Shown one piece after another: positions 1-13,264 of a DNA stretch of 64,000 bases. Every line of letters begins with the position of its first letter. The stretch's first letter is position 1. This DNA comes from Zootoca vivipara (Eukaryota): assembly GCF_963506605.1 (NCBI RefSeq), contig NC_083276.1:11594001-11658000 (forward strand), in the 5' to 3' direction. The position numbers and the translations under genes are program-made. Under the pieces are notes generated by a model, which made no database searches, was not told the origin of the DNA, and saw nothing but the letters and a program-made list of their open reading frames with translations.

Positions 1-680
1 TGAAAATTTGTAGGCACTTTTTTTGTGTCCCTTTCACCACATTTTTCCTATGCAATTTTGCCTAATAAACACTTTTATTGTTTGCAAGCACTCCCCCCCC
101 CATTTGATGCTTTCTTGTGCACTGATAGAACCGTTTTGTCTCCTCGCTTTCCCCAATGTACACTTGTTTAATAAAGCATTTTTTGCTGGTGGGAGAGCTG
201 TATCGCAAAGTCCGGTGAGCGGCTGGTTCCAAAGGGTACCCCTGTCACGTTTTGCGTATCTGCGTGTAAAGGGCGAGCTGGGTAGCTACATGTTAAATTG
301 CGAACTGAACACATTTTCCCCCTTCCATCCCTGGAGAGATGCAAACAAACTTAAGAACTGTCTGGAAAAAAGGGTGAACTGAGCAGTGAGCTGAATAGAA
401 AGAGGTGTGCAGAATGCCTTGTGCTATTTTGACAGTTTCCCTGTGAAAATTTGACTAAACCTAATGGGGGGTGTTGGGAAAAGGCCTCAAGATTTTGGAG
501 TGGCTAAGGCTGAAAAGACGCATGACATAGGAATGCCGTGGAAAGTGTCGCTGCATCGGTAATCTGTTCTTCCCTACCGTGATGGGATGTCCCATCACAT
601 TATGAGTTTTTCTTGCAGTTGCAGCTGGTGTTGTCAAACTGGGGCAGGAAAACAGGCTGTACGATGTCATTGGGTTACAT

Positions 681-1075
681 CAGGGGTCCCCAGACTTACC
701 CGGGTTTGGGCCGGTGCCCGCCGCGCCAATCGCGCGGCGGTCCGGAGGGCGGGGGAGTGCGCGCCCGTGTGCATGCGCTCACACACTTACTGGCGCGGTG
801 GCGTGCTTCCAGGTCGGAAAAATAGCCGAAAATCATTTGTGCGCATGCGTATGGGCCTCCCCCCGACCCGGAAGTGCACCGGAAATGACCTCTTCTGGGT
901 TGGGAGAGGCCCATACGCATGCGCACAAACGATTTTTGGCGCTTTTTCCAATCTGGAAGCGCGCCGCCACGCTGCGTGCCGTAAGAGCGGGCGGCGGCAG
1001 CGGGCGGCAGGGCTCGTCGCGGGCCAGATTGGGAGGTCAATTGGGCCACATCTGGCTGTAGTTTGGGGACCCCTG
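681..1075. mobile_element. hAT (Charlie-type) non-autonomous DNA transposon/MITE, CpG-rich
   Basis: TIRs CAGGGGTCCCCAGACT...AGTTTGGGGACCCCTG; perfect 8-bp TSD GGTTACAT at 673-680 and 1076-1083; ~70-bp internal inverted repeat. Confidence 0.9.
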
Positions 1076-1291
1076 GGTTACATGGAGGGTGTTCGTACGC
1101 ATTAAAGAGGGAAAGAACTAGAGGTGGGGCTGCCATTTTCAGGCACGTCCCTGTAGTTCAGCCTAGATGAAGCAGGGCGTAGTGTTCACCTATGTCAAGC
1201 ATGCCCAAAGTCTGTTTCGGGGGCTTAATCGAGTCTGCCGGTCGGTTTAATCCGTCCCTTGTGGCAGTTTATTCCAGGGGCAAAATCCTAA

Positions 1292-1687
<396 letters not shown>

Positions 1688-1982
1688 TAACACCTGCCAG
1701 TCACATGACGTCGCTTAGAGCACAGTGCTAGGCAAGCTGATCAGCTGATCCCCAGGGCATGTAGGGAAGGTGGGCGTGGCTCAGGCAAATGGGAAGGTCT
1801 TGTGTTCTAATCAGGCCCACGGACCTGGAGGTTTCCAACTGCTGTTGTAGACAGTCATTTGGGAGCAGCACATTAGTATTAAAAATGACAGCTCTTCAAA
1901 AATAAATAAATTGTGCCTGACTTATCTGGAGCTTGTTTTAATTCACGAATGGGGAACCTGTGACTTTCTAGATCCTGGACTC

Positions 1983-2341
1983 TAATAATAATAATAATAA
2001 TAATAATTTATTGTTTATACCCCACCCATCTGGCTGGGTTTCCCCAGCCACTCTGGCTGGCTTCCAACAAAAGATTAGAAATACATTAACATATCAGTCC
2101 TTAAAAACTTTCCTGATGAGGGCTGCCTTCAGGTGTCCTCTAAATGTCAGATAGTTGTTTATTTCCTAGAAAACATCTGGTGGGAGGGTGTTCCACAGGG
2201 CAGGAGCCACTACCAAGAAGGCCCTCTGCCTGGTTCCCTGCAACCTCACTTCTTGTAGTGAGGGAACCGCCAGAAGGCCCTCGGAGCTGGACCTCAGTGT
2301 CCGGGCAGAATGATGGGGGTGGAGACGCTCCTTCAGGTATA
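1983..2341 (-). mobile_element. L2-clade LINE 3' fragment with (TTA)n tail
   Basis: Same sequence family as the copies at 5335, 14178, 17140 and 32526; family encodes ...LRSSTEGLLAVPSL...RAFSVVAP.LWN.LP (ORF2 C-terminus). Confidence 0.7.
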
Positions 2342-2757
2342 TCAAGCCCAGCCAACATGATCCAGTGGCCAGGGATCATGGTAGTTATAATCTAGAAGGC
2401 CACAGATTTCCTATCCATGTTTCAGTTTAGCTGATTGAGTAGTAGCCTTTTTTGTGATTATTTTTTTAATAATTCTTTTTAAAATCATGGAAGGGCTTCA
2501 GGAAGCTTCAGCGGATTAAAACCAGCTTGTGTGAAAAAAGTACATTGGCTAGGATCCTATGAAGCTCTAAATGTATACACCAAGCCCATTGGCACTTATC
2601 ATATCAGGCTATAATCTGCCAGTGAAGTTCGACAAGAAGACCTGATCCCTTCCCTGTTGTTATCAGAAACACAAAACAGTGTTTCCTTTGGGAAAACACC
2701 ATGAATATACCCTCCAAATGCAGGGGTCTAATCCTGTTGTGATATCACTTCTGATAA

Positions 2758-2898
<141 letters not shown>

Positions 2899-3272
2899 TG
2901 AGTGGATGCCCTCAGTCTAAACTTCACAATGGTGAAGCTGTGGAGGAACCCCAGGCTCCTGGTCTGGAGGAGATGACTGATTCAACTAGCTAGTTGTTGT
3001 TGTTTTTGCCGAGATCTGCACATTTCCCAAGGCCTGTTGGAGATAATGTATACTGACTGGGAAATGTGGACAATTTACTCTTCGTGGATAGATTATGTGC
3101 ACATTCAAGGCCTTCTGAATGTGCGCTGTAGCTGGTCGTTATGCATTTTAACCCCTCCCTCCCTTTATAATGTAGTTTCTGTGGGCTCATTTAGAAGCCT
3201 AAACTGGAACTGCTGCCTCCCTCCCAATGCCCCTGACTTCAGAACGCAGGGGAGCTCAGAGAACGGTCTTTG

Positions 3273-3515
3273 ATAGAATCATAGAATTATAAAATTGGAA
3301 GGGATTCCAAGAGTCATCTAGTCCAACCCCCTGCAATGCAGGAATCTCAGCTAAAGCATCCGCGACAGATGGCCATCCAACCTCTGATAAAAACTTCCAA
3401 GGAAGGAGAGTCCACAACCTCCTGAGGGAGACTGTTCCACTGCCAAACAGCAAACAGCTCTTACTGTCAGAAAGTTCTTCCTGGTGTTCCTTTGAAATCT
3501 CCTTTCTTGTAACTC
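3273..3515 (-). mobile_element. CR1 LINE 3' fragment
   Basis: atagaatcatagaat tail in reverse; similar to the 3' end of the CR1 at 16400-16594. Confidence 0.7.
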
Positions 3516-3789
3516 AGGATTATCTCAATGTATCGGCAGATGTGGGAGGTGGAAATCTATAAGCCAAGGGTGGGGAATCTGTGGTTGCCCGGTTGTTGTT
3601 GGACTACAACTCCCATCACCCCCATCATCAGCTTATTTAATTTAATTTTTAATTTATTAAATGTGTAGACCGTCCTTCACCCAAAGATCTCAGGGCGATT
3701 CACAGCATACAAATACAAAAGAAGAAGATAAAATACATAATAAAAAAAAGAGAGCGAAGACCACAAAGGCCACAGGTTCTCTATCCTAG

Positions 3790-4026
<237 letters not shown>

Positions 4027-4828
4027 TAGACTTCCATGCACAAACCTACCTACCTTCCTTCTTTTGTTTGTTTATGGCACGGTTGAGATGAATGCAGGGC
4101 ACTAGAATGAGTGCAGGGGGGGGCATGATAGAGGTGTTATAAAATTATGCGAGAACTCCTGGACAACTAACAAAACGAAGCTGAATGTTGGAAAGTTCAG
4201 GACACACAGAAGAAAGCAATTTCTTAATGGAGCACATCGTTAAGCTATATGCTTCCACTAGATGTAGTGATAGCCACCAACTTGGGTGACTTCATAAGAG
4301 GATTATGCCTCTGGAAATCACAATTGGAGAAAGTGCTGTCACATTCAAGATCTTCCCCTAAGCATCTTTTCTGCCACTGTGAGAAAATGATGTTGGACTA
4401 GGCAACTTCTTCTTCTGTTACGTTCATTGAAATGTGCACCTGAAGCGGAAATCTCGAAACTTGGCTCGTTACAGATTTTGGTTCTTAATTTTGTCTCCTT
4501 TTTTCACACTTTTTAAATAAAGGAGACTGGTACGTGGCTGCTCTTAAATGTCAGCAGAAATATCTGCCCATTTGTAAGGTCAAAATATTGAGTTTTACTA
4601 CTACAAGGGGGCGGGTGGGGTGAAGCTTTCAAAAACCAAATGTAACTTTAAAAACCTTTAAATAGAAAAGGGGGGGGGCAAATGTAGAAACTTTGCCCCA
4701 GTTTATGTTTTAATATGGGAAGTTGAACAGATCTGGAACTAAACAGAAATTGCTATCACTGATAGAATAAACACATTCTCAGACCCTTGAGTATTTGAAT
4801 TACTAAACCTATCGTTCTTTATTACTAG

Positions 4829-4880
4829 GAAATCAGCTCTATTTTGAAGGAGCTCCGTCGAGTCCAGAAACAACTTGAAG
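4829..4880 (+). CDS. CEP170B: CEP170B coding exon (EISSILKELRRVQKQLE)
   Basis: tag acceptor, GT donor at 4881; conserved coiled-coil peptide of the CEP170 family. Confidence 0.92.
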
Positions 4881-5248
4881 GTTTGCCTTATTTTGACTTC
4901 CCTGTTTCTCTTTGGTTTGCGTTAAATGCAGTTTATTGTACTAAGAGCCGGGCTTGATCTACACTGACCTTTTTAAACGTCATTAGAGCAATATTACCTA
5001 TGCCGTTCTAAAACGTCACAAGGCATACTGCAAAGATTACATTCGTTACCTTATCGTTATTCCTCTGTAACAGCAGTTCCCCTTACTGCCCGGTTCCTGG
5101 TTGCTCTGCAGTGCCCTCTGGTGTCACATTTACTTTATTAACGTTCTTAGCAGAAAGTAACGTGACCCTTACGTTTTGAAAATCATCTCTTAACTCTTTC
5201 TTAACGTTATAAGAAATCCAGGCAGATGGGTGGGGTGTATAAATAATA

Positions 5249-5288
<40 letters not shown>

Positions 5289-5334
5289 CAGGAGTGTAGA
5301 TCTACCCACAGATAAAAGGGAAAGAAGAATGTAT

Positions 5335-5720
5335 GTACGTTTCCGAGCACAATTCAGAGTGTTGATGCTGACCTAATCAGAGCACGTCCCAGAATACCTG
5401 AAGGAGCGTCTCCACTCCCATCGTTCAGCCCGGACACTGAGGTCCAGCACCGAGGGCCTTCTGGCGGTTCCCTCACTGAGAGAAGTGAGGTTACAGGAAC
5501 CAGGCAGAGGGCCTTCTCGGTAGTGGCGCCCTCCCATCCGATGTCAAGGAAATAAACAACTACAGTATCTGACTTTTAGAAGACATCTGTTTAGGGAAGT
5601 TTTTAATGTTTGAAGTTTTATTGCTTTCTATTTATTATGATGATTAATCTTCTGCTGGAAGCCACCCAGAGTGGCTGGGGAAACCCAACCAGATGGGCAG
5701 GGTATAAATGATAAATTTTT
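5335..5720 (+). mobile_element. L2-clade LINE 3' fragment
   Basis: Reverse complement of the L2-family fragments elsewhere in the window. Confidence 0.7.
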
Positions 5721-5888
5721 ATTATATTATTATAGCGCCACCTGCTGCCCAGCTCCCTGCATTCTGCCCTACTAATCCCAACAACCTCCAGGTTTGGGAG
5801 ATGATGATAATGATGATGATAATAATAAATTTATTTATACCCCGCTCATCTGGTTGGGCCTCCCCAGTCACTCTGGGTGGCTCCCAAC

Positions 5889-5938
<50 letters not shown>
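5889..5938. repeat. (AAT)n microsatellite
   Basis: Direct reading; source of the poly-N and poly-L ORFs in the track. Confidence 0.95.
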
Positions 5939-5939
<1 letters not shown>

Positions 5940-6126
5940 CGATAAAACAGATAATACTTGACAAACAAAATAAAATAGAAGCCATTCATCTGCTTGACTG
6001 CCAGCCATCAAGTGTGAAGTAACTGGGAGAGAGAGAGGGAGAGGGAGAGAATGAGAATGTGTAGCCCTGTAGCCCTATAAATCCATGTTAAGGCTGCCTT
6101 GGCTTTCTCCCCCTTTTTTTCTGCAG

Positions 6127-6365
6127 TTATAAATGCCATCATTGACCCGAGTGGAAACTTGGATGTGCTCGCCAATAACAAAATGTCTTCTGCTACGCCA
6201 CAGTCTGTGGCGGCTAAAATCAGGACTGCTAACAACATTTCCGGGTCCATGTTGGAGGCGTTGTCGCCTGTCAAGAAGAGAAATTACGTGCAGAAATCAA
6301 ACTTTGGCTCTGCTAGCCTGCAGGATGCTACGTTTGTTCCAGATGGGGAGAAATACGTGATCTAG
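6127..6365 (+). CDS. CEP170B: CEP170B last coding exon (VINAIIDPSGNLDVL...FVPDGEKYVI*)
   Basis: Pyrimidine tract plus cag acceptor; G+TT=Val join; TAG at 6363-6365; ending resembles human CEP170B ...FLPDAERFLI. Confidence 0.93.
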
Positions 6366-8518
6366 CAAGAAAGTTTTCTATCGCTTTCCCTCTTGTATGT
6401 AATTTGCCGTGGCGTTAGTGTTGTGTACGAGTGGTTGTGGGCAAGTCCTTGTGGAGCAGTTGTTTAGATTGCTAACACATTGCACAAAAGAAAAGACAAC
6501 AAAACGAAAAGGTGCAATCTCTGATGTGTGAGCACAAGTGGCAGGCCTATGTATACGCCTTTTGGAAGGGGCAAAAATGGACGAGCACTGTGGAACAGCA
6601 CATATTCAGCACAGAGGCAAAAAGCAAGTGATGCATAATTTCTCCAATGTGCCATAGCAAACAGGCTTTGCGTATTCTTCACACTGTACTGCCGAAGCTC
6701 TGATATGTTATTGTATTTAGCCTGTTTATAGCTGTCTGTTTTAGTTGTATAGAGGCTCCATTTTGAAAATGTACCTTTTGGGGGCAGTGGCTGGCTGTTG
6801 CTGTATATTTAATTTTAAATACAAATCGTTAAATGGTTCAGCCAAAACTGATTCCCCCTCCCATGCTTGTCAGCTGAGCAATGCAGCGTGGAAGTCTTTT
6901 TTTCTTTTTCATTTCAGAGATCCAAGAGCAGTTAACTTGCAAACATCTCCAAAAAGGAAACCAAGATGACATTGAATCATTCCACTTCCAATCACACAGC
7001 TTTTATGATTCCACTGGGAATGAGTAATAAAGATTACAGATGATGGAGAGGCAGTGATTAAGTTTGCATTTTTGATTCCCTTATTGTAATCAGTAAAAAA
7101 AGAGAGAGAGAGAGAGAGGATGAAATTCAGGTGCAGAGGAGGAGGCAAATTAGTCACAAGGTCAGGATTTTGTATAGTGAAGTTGCCAAATTTGTACTAT
7201 TTCATGGCAGCTGCTTCATAACTAAGTTTTCAGGTGGTCAAAATGTGTTTTTAATGCAGTCCACAAAGTCTCCTGTTTACTGCATAGAATTCTGAAGGCA
7301 CTAAAGAATTGAGTATTCCATGTGCGAGCAATTAAGATTTTGATCATAACTCACCATCCTGTGCTTCTAAATCTCATTGACATGCATAGGAAGTTTAAGA
7401 GTGTAGGAGTTGAGCTGCTTTTTGCACTCATAGGAATCCTGTCTTGAGCCTCGTTCCTCACCCTGCGATGCATGCTAAATGGAGGCCTCCTTAATAGAGC
7501 TTTGTCTTGTGTTGCCTCCAACTTCCTTGGGTTTTCTCATGCAGATCTGTTGAGCCAGCAAGACCCTGGACTACACTCTTTTGTGAATGGCCAGCTTGTC
7601 AATCATTTGGTGATGGCCAGCAGGGCAGCGATATCACCGATCGCAGGCACGGCAGCTTCTGCAGTAACTCCTGGTCTCCCCAAAATGCAGGCTGGCACTA
7701 ATAAAAGTTGCCGCAAATCGTGGTGAGATTCCAACTTTTTACTGCCTTACGTTGATCGCATGAATGTGGATTTCAGGAGTCCGTCTTAGAAGCATCCCAC
7801 CTGGGGTTTCCATAGGTGGGTTGAGAGTTCACCCTCATGTTGTCTCTGTTACCTTATTTGCTCCCATTTTGTACGTTGTGTCAAGCATTCCTACCAAGAT
7901 GAATGGGGAGCTGGCAAATCCGGGCAAGCTACTGTATAATGGTGAATGTATTGCTCTCGCTCTCTCCCTGCACACGCACAAACAGCTGAAACCTCAGTTT
8001 ACTTCAAGCACTGTGGCCACCCTGTGACTGTTGAATCCAGATATGTGAGCTCTTCTGGCTAGTAAGAATTAAGTGAGTTGAGTGGCTGGCTTTTAAATAC
8101 AGTATTATTGAAATGATCTTATACTTCCACCAATGCAATCTCGGATAATGCCAAGGATAGTTTTGCAACAATTCTGAGGTGCATGCTAATAAAAACACAA
8201 TTTTAAAATTAATAATAATAATTTTAAAAATTCATTGTTTTCCACTCCCACTTGCCAAATTAGTGCTTGCTGACTGGGAGGGGGGGTGCACTTATTGAGA
8301 TGCCAGTTAATTTTTTTCTATTATAAAATTCCTCTTTTGCCTAAGTAGCTAAAAAAAATAAGGAACGTGCGTCTTTATTGTGAAAAAGACAGTACTGAGC
8401 TCTGCAGACATTTTGTGTTACAACTCCTGGGGGTTGATAGGAGTTGTAGGCCAAAACATCTGGAAGGCTGGTGAAGGCTAAGCTAGGTGGACTAATGATG
8501 CAAACCAGCACCACCTAT

Positions 8519-8608
8519 CATAGCTGCCAAGTTTTCCCTTTTCTCGCGAGGAAGCCTATTCAGCATAAGGGAAAATCCCTTAAAAAAAGGGATAACTTGG
8601 CAGCTATG
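8519..8608. mobile_element. 90-bp hAT MITE
   Basis: TIR CATAGCTGCCAAG...CTTGGCAGCTATG; perfect 8-bp TSD CCACCTAT at 8511-8518 and 8609-8616. Confidence 0.88.
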
Positions 8609-8650
8609 CCACCTATGATTTCTGGTGGTAGAAAGATAATTCTTTTTAGT

Positions 8651-8785
8651 TATAGGTAGGTAGCCGTGTTGGTCTGACGTAGTCAAAACAAAATAAAAAA
8701 AATTCCTTCCAGCAGCACTTTAGAGATCAACTAAGTTTGTCATTGGTATGAGCTTTCGTGTGCATCTAGGTATCTGAAGAAGTGT
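8651..8785. mobile_element. Penelope-like element pseudo-LTR fragment, truncated by a SINE
   Basis: Matches in reverse the pLTR at 31850-31963, including partial hammerhead sequence. Confidence 0.7.
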
Positions 8786-9128
8786 GGGACGCAGGTGGCA
8801 CTGTGGGTTAAACCACTGAGCCTAGGGCTTGCCGATCAGAAGGTCAGCGGTACGAATCCCTGCGATGGAGTGAGCTCCCATTGCTCGGTCCCAGCTCCTA
8901 GCAGTTCGAAAGCATGTCAAAGTGCAAGTAGATAAATAGGTACCGCTCCAGCGGGAAGGTAAACGCCGTTTCTGTGTGCTGTTCTGGTTCTCCAGAAGCG
9001 GCTTTGTCATGTTGGCCACATGACCCAGAAGCTGTATGCCTGCTCCCTCGGCCAATAACACGAGATGAGCGCCGCAACCCCAGAGTCGGTCACGACTGGA
9101 CCTAATGGTCAGGGGTCCCTTTACCTTT
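8786..9128 (+). mobile_element. Sauria SINE
   Basis: GGGACGCAGGTGGC head and (ACCTTT)n tail; near-identical family copies at 9689, 37043 and 62267. Confidence 0.88.
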
Positions 9129-9688
9129 AGGTTTTATGTATTCATCCTAAGTCTGGAAAATTGTATGCAAAATATCTTAACGCTGCCAGGTAGTGGATCT
9201 TGTGTCCATCTTTTTGAAAATGAATGGAATGGAATGATTTCCCCGGGGGAGGGGGCGCTGTTAGTCTGATGATCCCCAGTTGCTGTAGATGGGGGTTGGG
9301 AAAGGGGGTGGTTGTTGTTGTTGTTGTAGGTGGGAACCTACTGGTATTGTGGGCCTGGGGATAGTGGATGTACTGTATTCAATAGAGAAGACGGCTAGTC
9401 CATTAAATGGAATTTGTTTAAAGCAATGCTATAAGATGGCAGGAGGCAAAGTGGTCTGGCAAGTGAACAACATATTCAGCCTCCCTATGTTTCTCTAACT
9501 GTGGAAGATCCATGGTTTTAGTTTTATGGCATGCGTCTTTCTTAGATAAGTTGGCTGTGTAACTTAGAATAACAAATGGTGCCATTGCTGTAGAGACACA
9601 GCAGTAAAGATTTCCAAAGCTCTTCTTATTTACAGAAGGATCCAGTAAGTTGCACATTCAGTTATTTAGGTCAAATCCACACCATACA

Positions 9689-10045
9689 GGGACCCAGGTG
9701 GCGCTATGGTTAAACCACTGAGTCTAGGGCTTGCTGATCAGTAGGTCGGTGGTTCGAATCCCTGTGACGGGGTGAGCTCCCGTTGCTTGGTCCCAGCTCC
9801 TGCCAACCTAGCAGTTCGAAAGCACATCAAAGTGCAAGTAGATAAATAGGAACCACTACAGCGGGAAGGTAAACGGCGTTTCCATGTGCTGCTCTGGTTT
9901 GCCAGAAGCGGCTTTGTCATGCTGGCCACATGACCTGGAAGCTATACGCCGGCTCCCTCAGCCAATAATGCGAGATGAGCGCGCAACCCCAGAGTCGGTC
10001 ACGACTGGACCTAATGGTCAGGGGTCCCTTTACCTTTACCTTTTA
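9689..10045 (+). mobile_element. Sauria SINE nested in a PIF/Harbinger-like MITE (~9669-10198)
   Basis: 12-bp TSD CCACACCATACA at 9677-9688 and 10046-10057; host has TIRs GGTC..ATCCACACCATAC / GTATGGTGTGGAT..GACC. Confidence 0.88.
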
Positions 10046-12618
10046 CCACACCATACATTTAAAGGGCATGGCTTTCCGCCGAAGATTCCCGGGAACTGTA
10101 GTTTTACCCTTTCCAGAGGTACGATTCCCATCAAACTGCAGTCCCCAGGATTCTTTGGGAGAAGCCATGTGCTTTGAATGTATGGTGTGGATAGGACCTT
10201 AGTTCTCCCCTCTTCTGTTGCACATGGAGGGGGGGGGTGTTTGCCAACTCAGCTTAGGGTGCATCCAGCCATGTTAGAGAGACGTCAACTGTTGATCTCG
10301 GCATGTGGTCAGCCGATTTGTTCCTGTCTGTGAAATCAATAAACCACGTGGGAATGGTGGGGCACATCAAATTCACCTAAACACCCACATCAGGGCTGTC
10401 CCACAAGAGACTGAGAAGAGGCTGTAACCTGGTCAATGCTTGTCTGTATCCACTTGGTTTTTTTAGGCTAAGATATTTTTTGCCTCCCCCTTGATCAAGT
10501 TATTCAGTAATATATTCCAGGACTTTGAAATAATGGGCAAACCCAGAGGCTGGAACACACAATCTTTTCACTTCCCCAGTTCTTCCCCATGATCAAACAG
10601 AGATGCCACACAACACGGTGTTTGCCAACACCAAGTCTAAATGTGATTCTCTTTTAATATAATGCTGTAATTTTTATTTTTTATTTAAACACAGGCTTAG
10701 TTTGAACAAGCTTAGAAGACTCTTAGGGAAGGAGGATAATATTTGTCAATCTCTTGGATATTCCCACATAGGTTGTAATGCTTTTGTAGGGTCTACAGAT
10801 GTAGACCCAAACTACACTGTAGTTTACCTTTTTTAAAAAAATAAAAAATCTGGGCAGTGATCCTGTTATTCAGATCTAAATGTGAGGTATTTTGTGTGCA
10901 CACATGCTAGGCAGATACTACATTTACATGTGGCTATTCTGTGTACTCTAGCATCTGGGTGGCAAAGGGTGATCCAGTGTGTTTTCCTACTGCACATTGC
11001 AGTATAGGTTAATCCAAACAGGGTCTTTATTCTGAATCCTGCAGTTCGGGCTGTACGGTATTAAATTGTCACATGTAGTTATGCCAAAGAGGAAACCTTA
11101 TGACTCTAAACTCTGTCCAGCTTTGGGTCCCTCCAACATACAGTATACATACGTAAATCCCCAATTTTATGTTGCATACAGTCTTTGTCCTGGTACTTCT
11201 TGAGTAGTCCAGATCCCATTTACTTTAGGGTTTCAACTTTTGTGGTTTGTTTCTTTCCTAGAGTGTTGATCCATTGGCCCTTCTTGTTTTCATGTGCATT
11301 GCCATGCTCTGTTTTCTTCTTCTTCAAATGTTTAAGTTAAACATCTACCTTTGGCTCGTAAATTTTCAGAGAAATAAAAAGCCCATATCCCATTGGAATT
11401 AAGTGGTGAGGTGGGCATCGGTTTGCCTCAGGATTCTTTCTGAAAACTGAGCTTGGTTCTATATGTTGGGAGGAAAGTGAGTTTTCTTTTGGGTATGTTA
11501 ACATGTTACATCCTTGTTGTTTCGTAATGATGGAATGGATGTATTTATCTGAGAGTGAGCGCACTTGGTTGCGTTGAGCATATAATGTGCAGCCTGTCAC
11601 TCTCATGCTGTTGATGACGACAAAGCTGAATTAACCAGGTCAAAGTCTTTGCACAAGTTCGAAACACACTTTTCCAACAGTCCGGCATGTGCCTAGATGA
11701 TGAGCCCAAGATGTTTGAGATTCACTCACCCTGCAAGGATACGTTCTGGAGCTTTGTTCACAGGTTCAGTGAACAAACAATGTCCATTTGGGGGAGGCTG
11801 GAAGTGGAATTGGCTTGTGTTGATTTGAACCTGAGAAAACTTGACCTGCAAATCAGCTGGGGAGAGGGGCATCTTCACACATTACAGGCAAAATAAGTTT
11901 TGTCACAGGAGCGTGCACTGATTGTATTAGCACGGTACACCTCTTTTCCCCTCACACACTTCGTTATTTTGGGATGCACTTAACAGGTCTTAGGTGTACA
12001 CCTAAAACCCATAATGTGTGAATGGCCTGACTCATCCTTCAACGAGTTAAAGAAAACGTTTACAGATGACCTACTTTAAGAATAAAAGTGTATGAGTGCA
12101 AAGATGCTACTGATATTGGTAAATTGATGCGAGGTCTTTCTCTTTTATTTTGAATCCAGCAAATGTATACATTGCAGCTGTAAAATGTACATTAACTACC
12201 TGTTCACTTTCTGATGTGCCCCTTGCTGAATTGTGCCTAACTATATGCTGTTGTTATGCTGCTGAAATCATTTTCTGCTGTTCAAACACACACACACAAA
12301 CTGTTCATGGAGTCATTCATTCCATCTGCATGCGACACAAATGCAAGCTGGGCTGTATAGCAGAAATTCAACTTTGTATAATTCAAAACTGTTTCAGTGA
12401 TTTGTCTTTTTTTGTTTCCATACCCCCTCTTGAAATACTCTGTATAATTTTAATCCGGAATACCCCCGTCAATTCGTACATAGTGGGGCATTTCCCATCC
12501 CCCCTTATTTTTTCCTTTTTTAAAAAAAAATATATGGTAATTTATTTCATTTGGTTGATAGGCAACTTATCTGTATATTTTTGTTCCAAGGTGATGTTGT
12601 GGATGTCTTTAAAAACAA

Positions 12619-12666
12619 AATAAATTGTTATTTTATATAATTTTATCATAAATTTGCTATAATAAA
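12619..12666 (+). terminator. CEP170B: Probable distal polyadenylation signals of CEP170B (AATAAA x2), implying a ~6.3-kb 3' UTR
   Basis: AATAAA at 12619-12624 and 12661-12666, at the end of an AT-rich UTR-like tract and followed by a U/GU-rich stretch; other AATAAA sites at 7026, 8188 and 12081 are alternatives. Confidence 0.45.
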
Positions 12667-13264
12667 TCATTCTTTTTTGTTTTCCACGAGAGGTTTTCTT
12701 TCATCTCCAAAAATATGTTTTTGTAAGTCCTTTCAGGACATAATTTTAATAAATTGAAATAAGGTTGAAAAAGAGGGGGGGGGAAATATATGCACCTCAG
12801 TTCTGGGAGCACAGCCAACCTGGATCCAATGTAGATTGGGGCGAAGGCTTATATGACTACGATGACTAGTGGCCTCATCCTTTGTATCAAAGTGGAAAAT
12901 CTCAGGTCCACGGAACAAGCCTCCCAATCTGGTCCCCAGGGCTTTCTCTAAGCTTTGCTTCCTCTCCCCAAGCCGCCACACTCCTGACTGACCCTGCTTC
13001 ACAACCTTGAGGGCTTGCCAAGAGGAAGGTTGCAGAATTATGATGAAGCTGGGGGTGAAAAGCAATGGATGGGGGAGCGAAAAATAAGTCTGAAGAGAAC
13101 AGCATGCTTAATGTTCACATGTCAATTGTGGTGGTGGTGGGGGGGAGGCAATCCGAGGGTGAGGCAGAATGGAATGGAGTATTCTTGAAAGGGGGATGGG
13201 TGGCTGGGACCCTGAACAGAAGAAGTATTCCACACTTCAACATTTTGTTGCAGGCCCTACTTGT

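Noticed and set aside
587-1136. Overlapping Arg/Gly/Ala-rich ORFs and CpG-island appearance suggesting a gene start
   Set aside because: The GC-rich core lies inside a TSD-flanked MITE in a CEP170B intron.
5708-6022. Poly-Asn, poly-Leu and similar ORFs (also 32275-32673 and 63359-63721)
   Set aside because: These are translations of microsatellite tails of retroelements.
6363-6467. TAG-CAA stop context suggesting readthrough of CEP170B
   Set aside because: Only a partial match to the UAG-CAR-YYA motif, and the extension has no recognisable features.
13089-13125. CTGAAGA followed by a GAACA/TGTTC stem, resembling a hammerhead
   Set aside because: It lacks the GAAA core and stem III.
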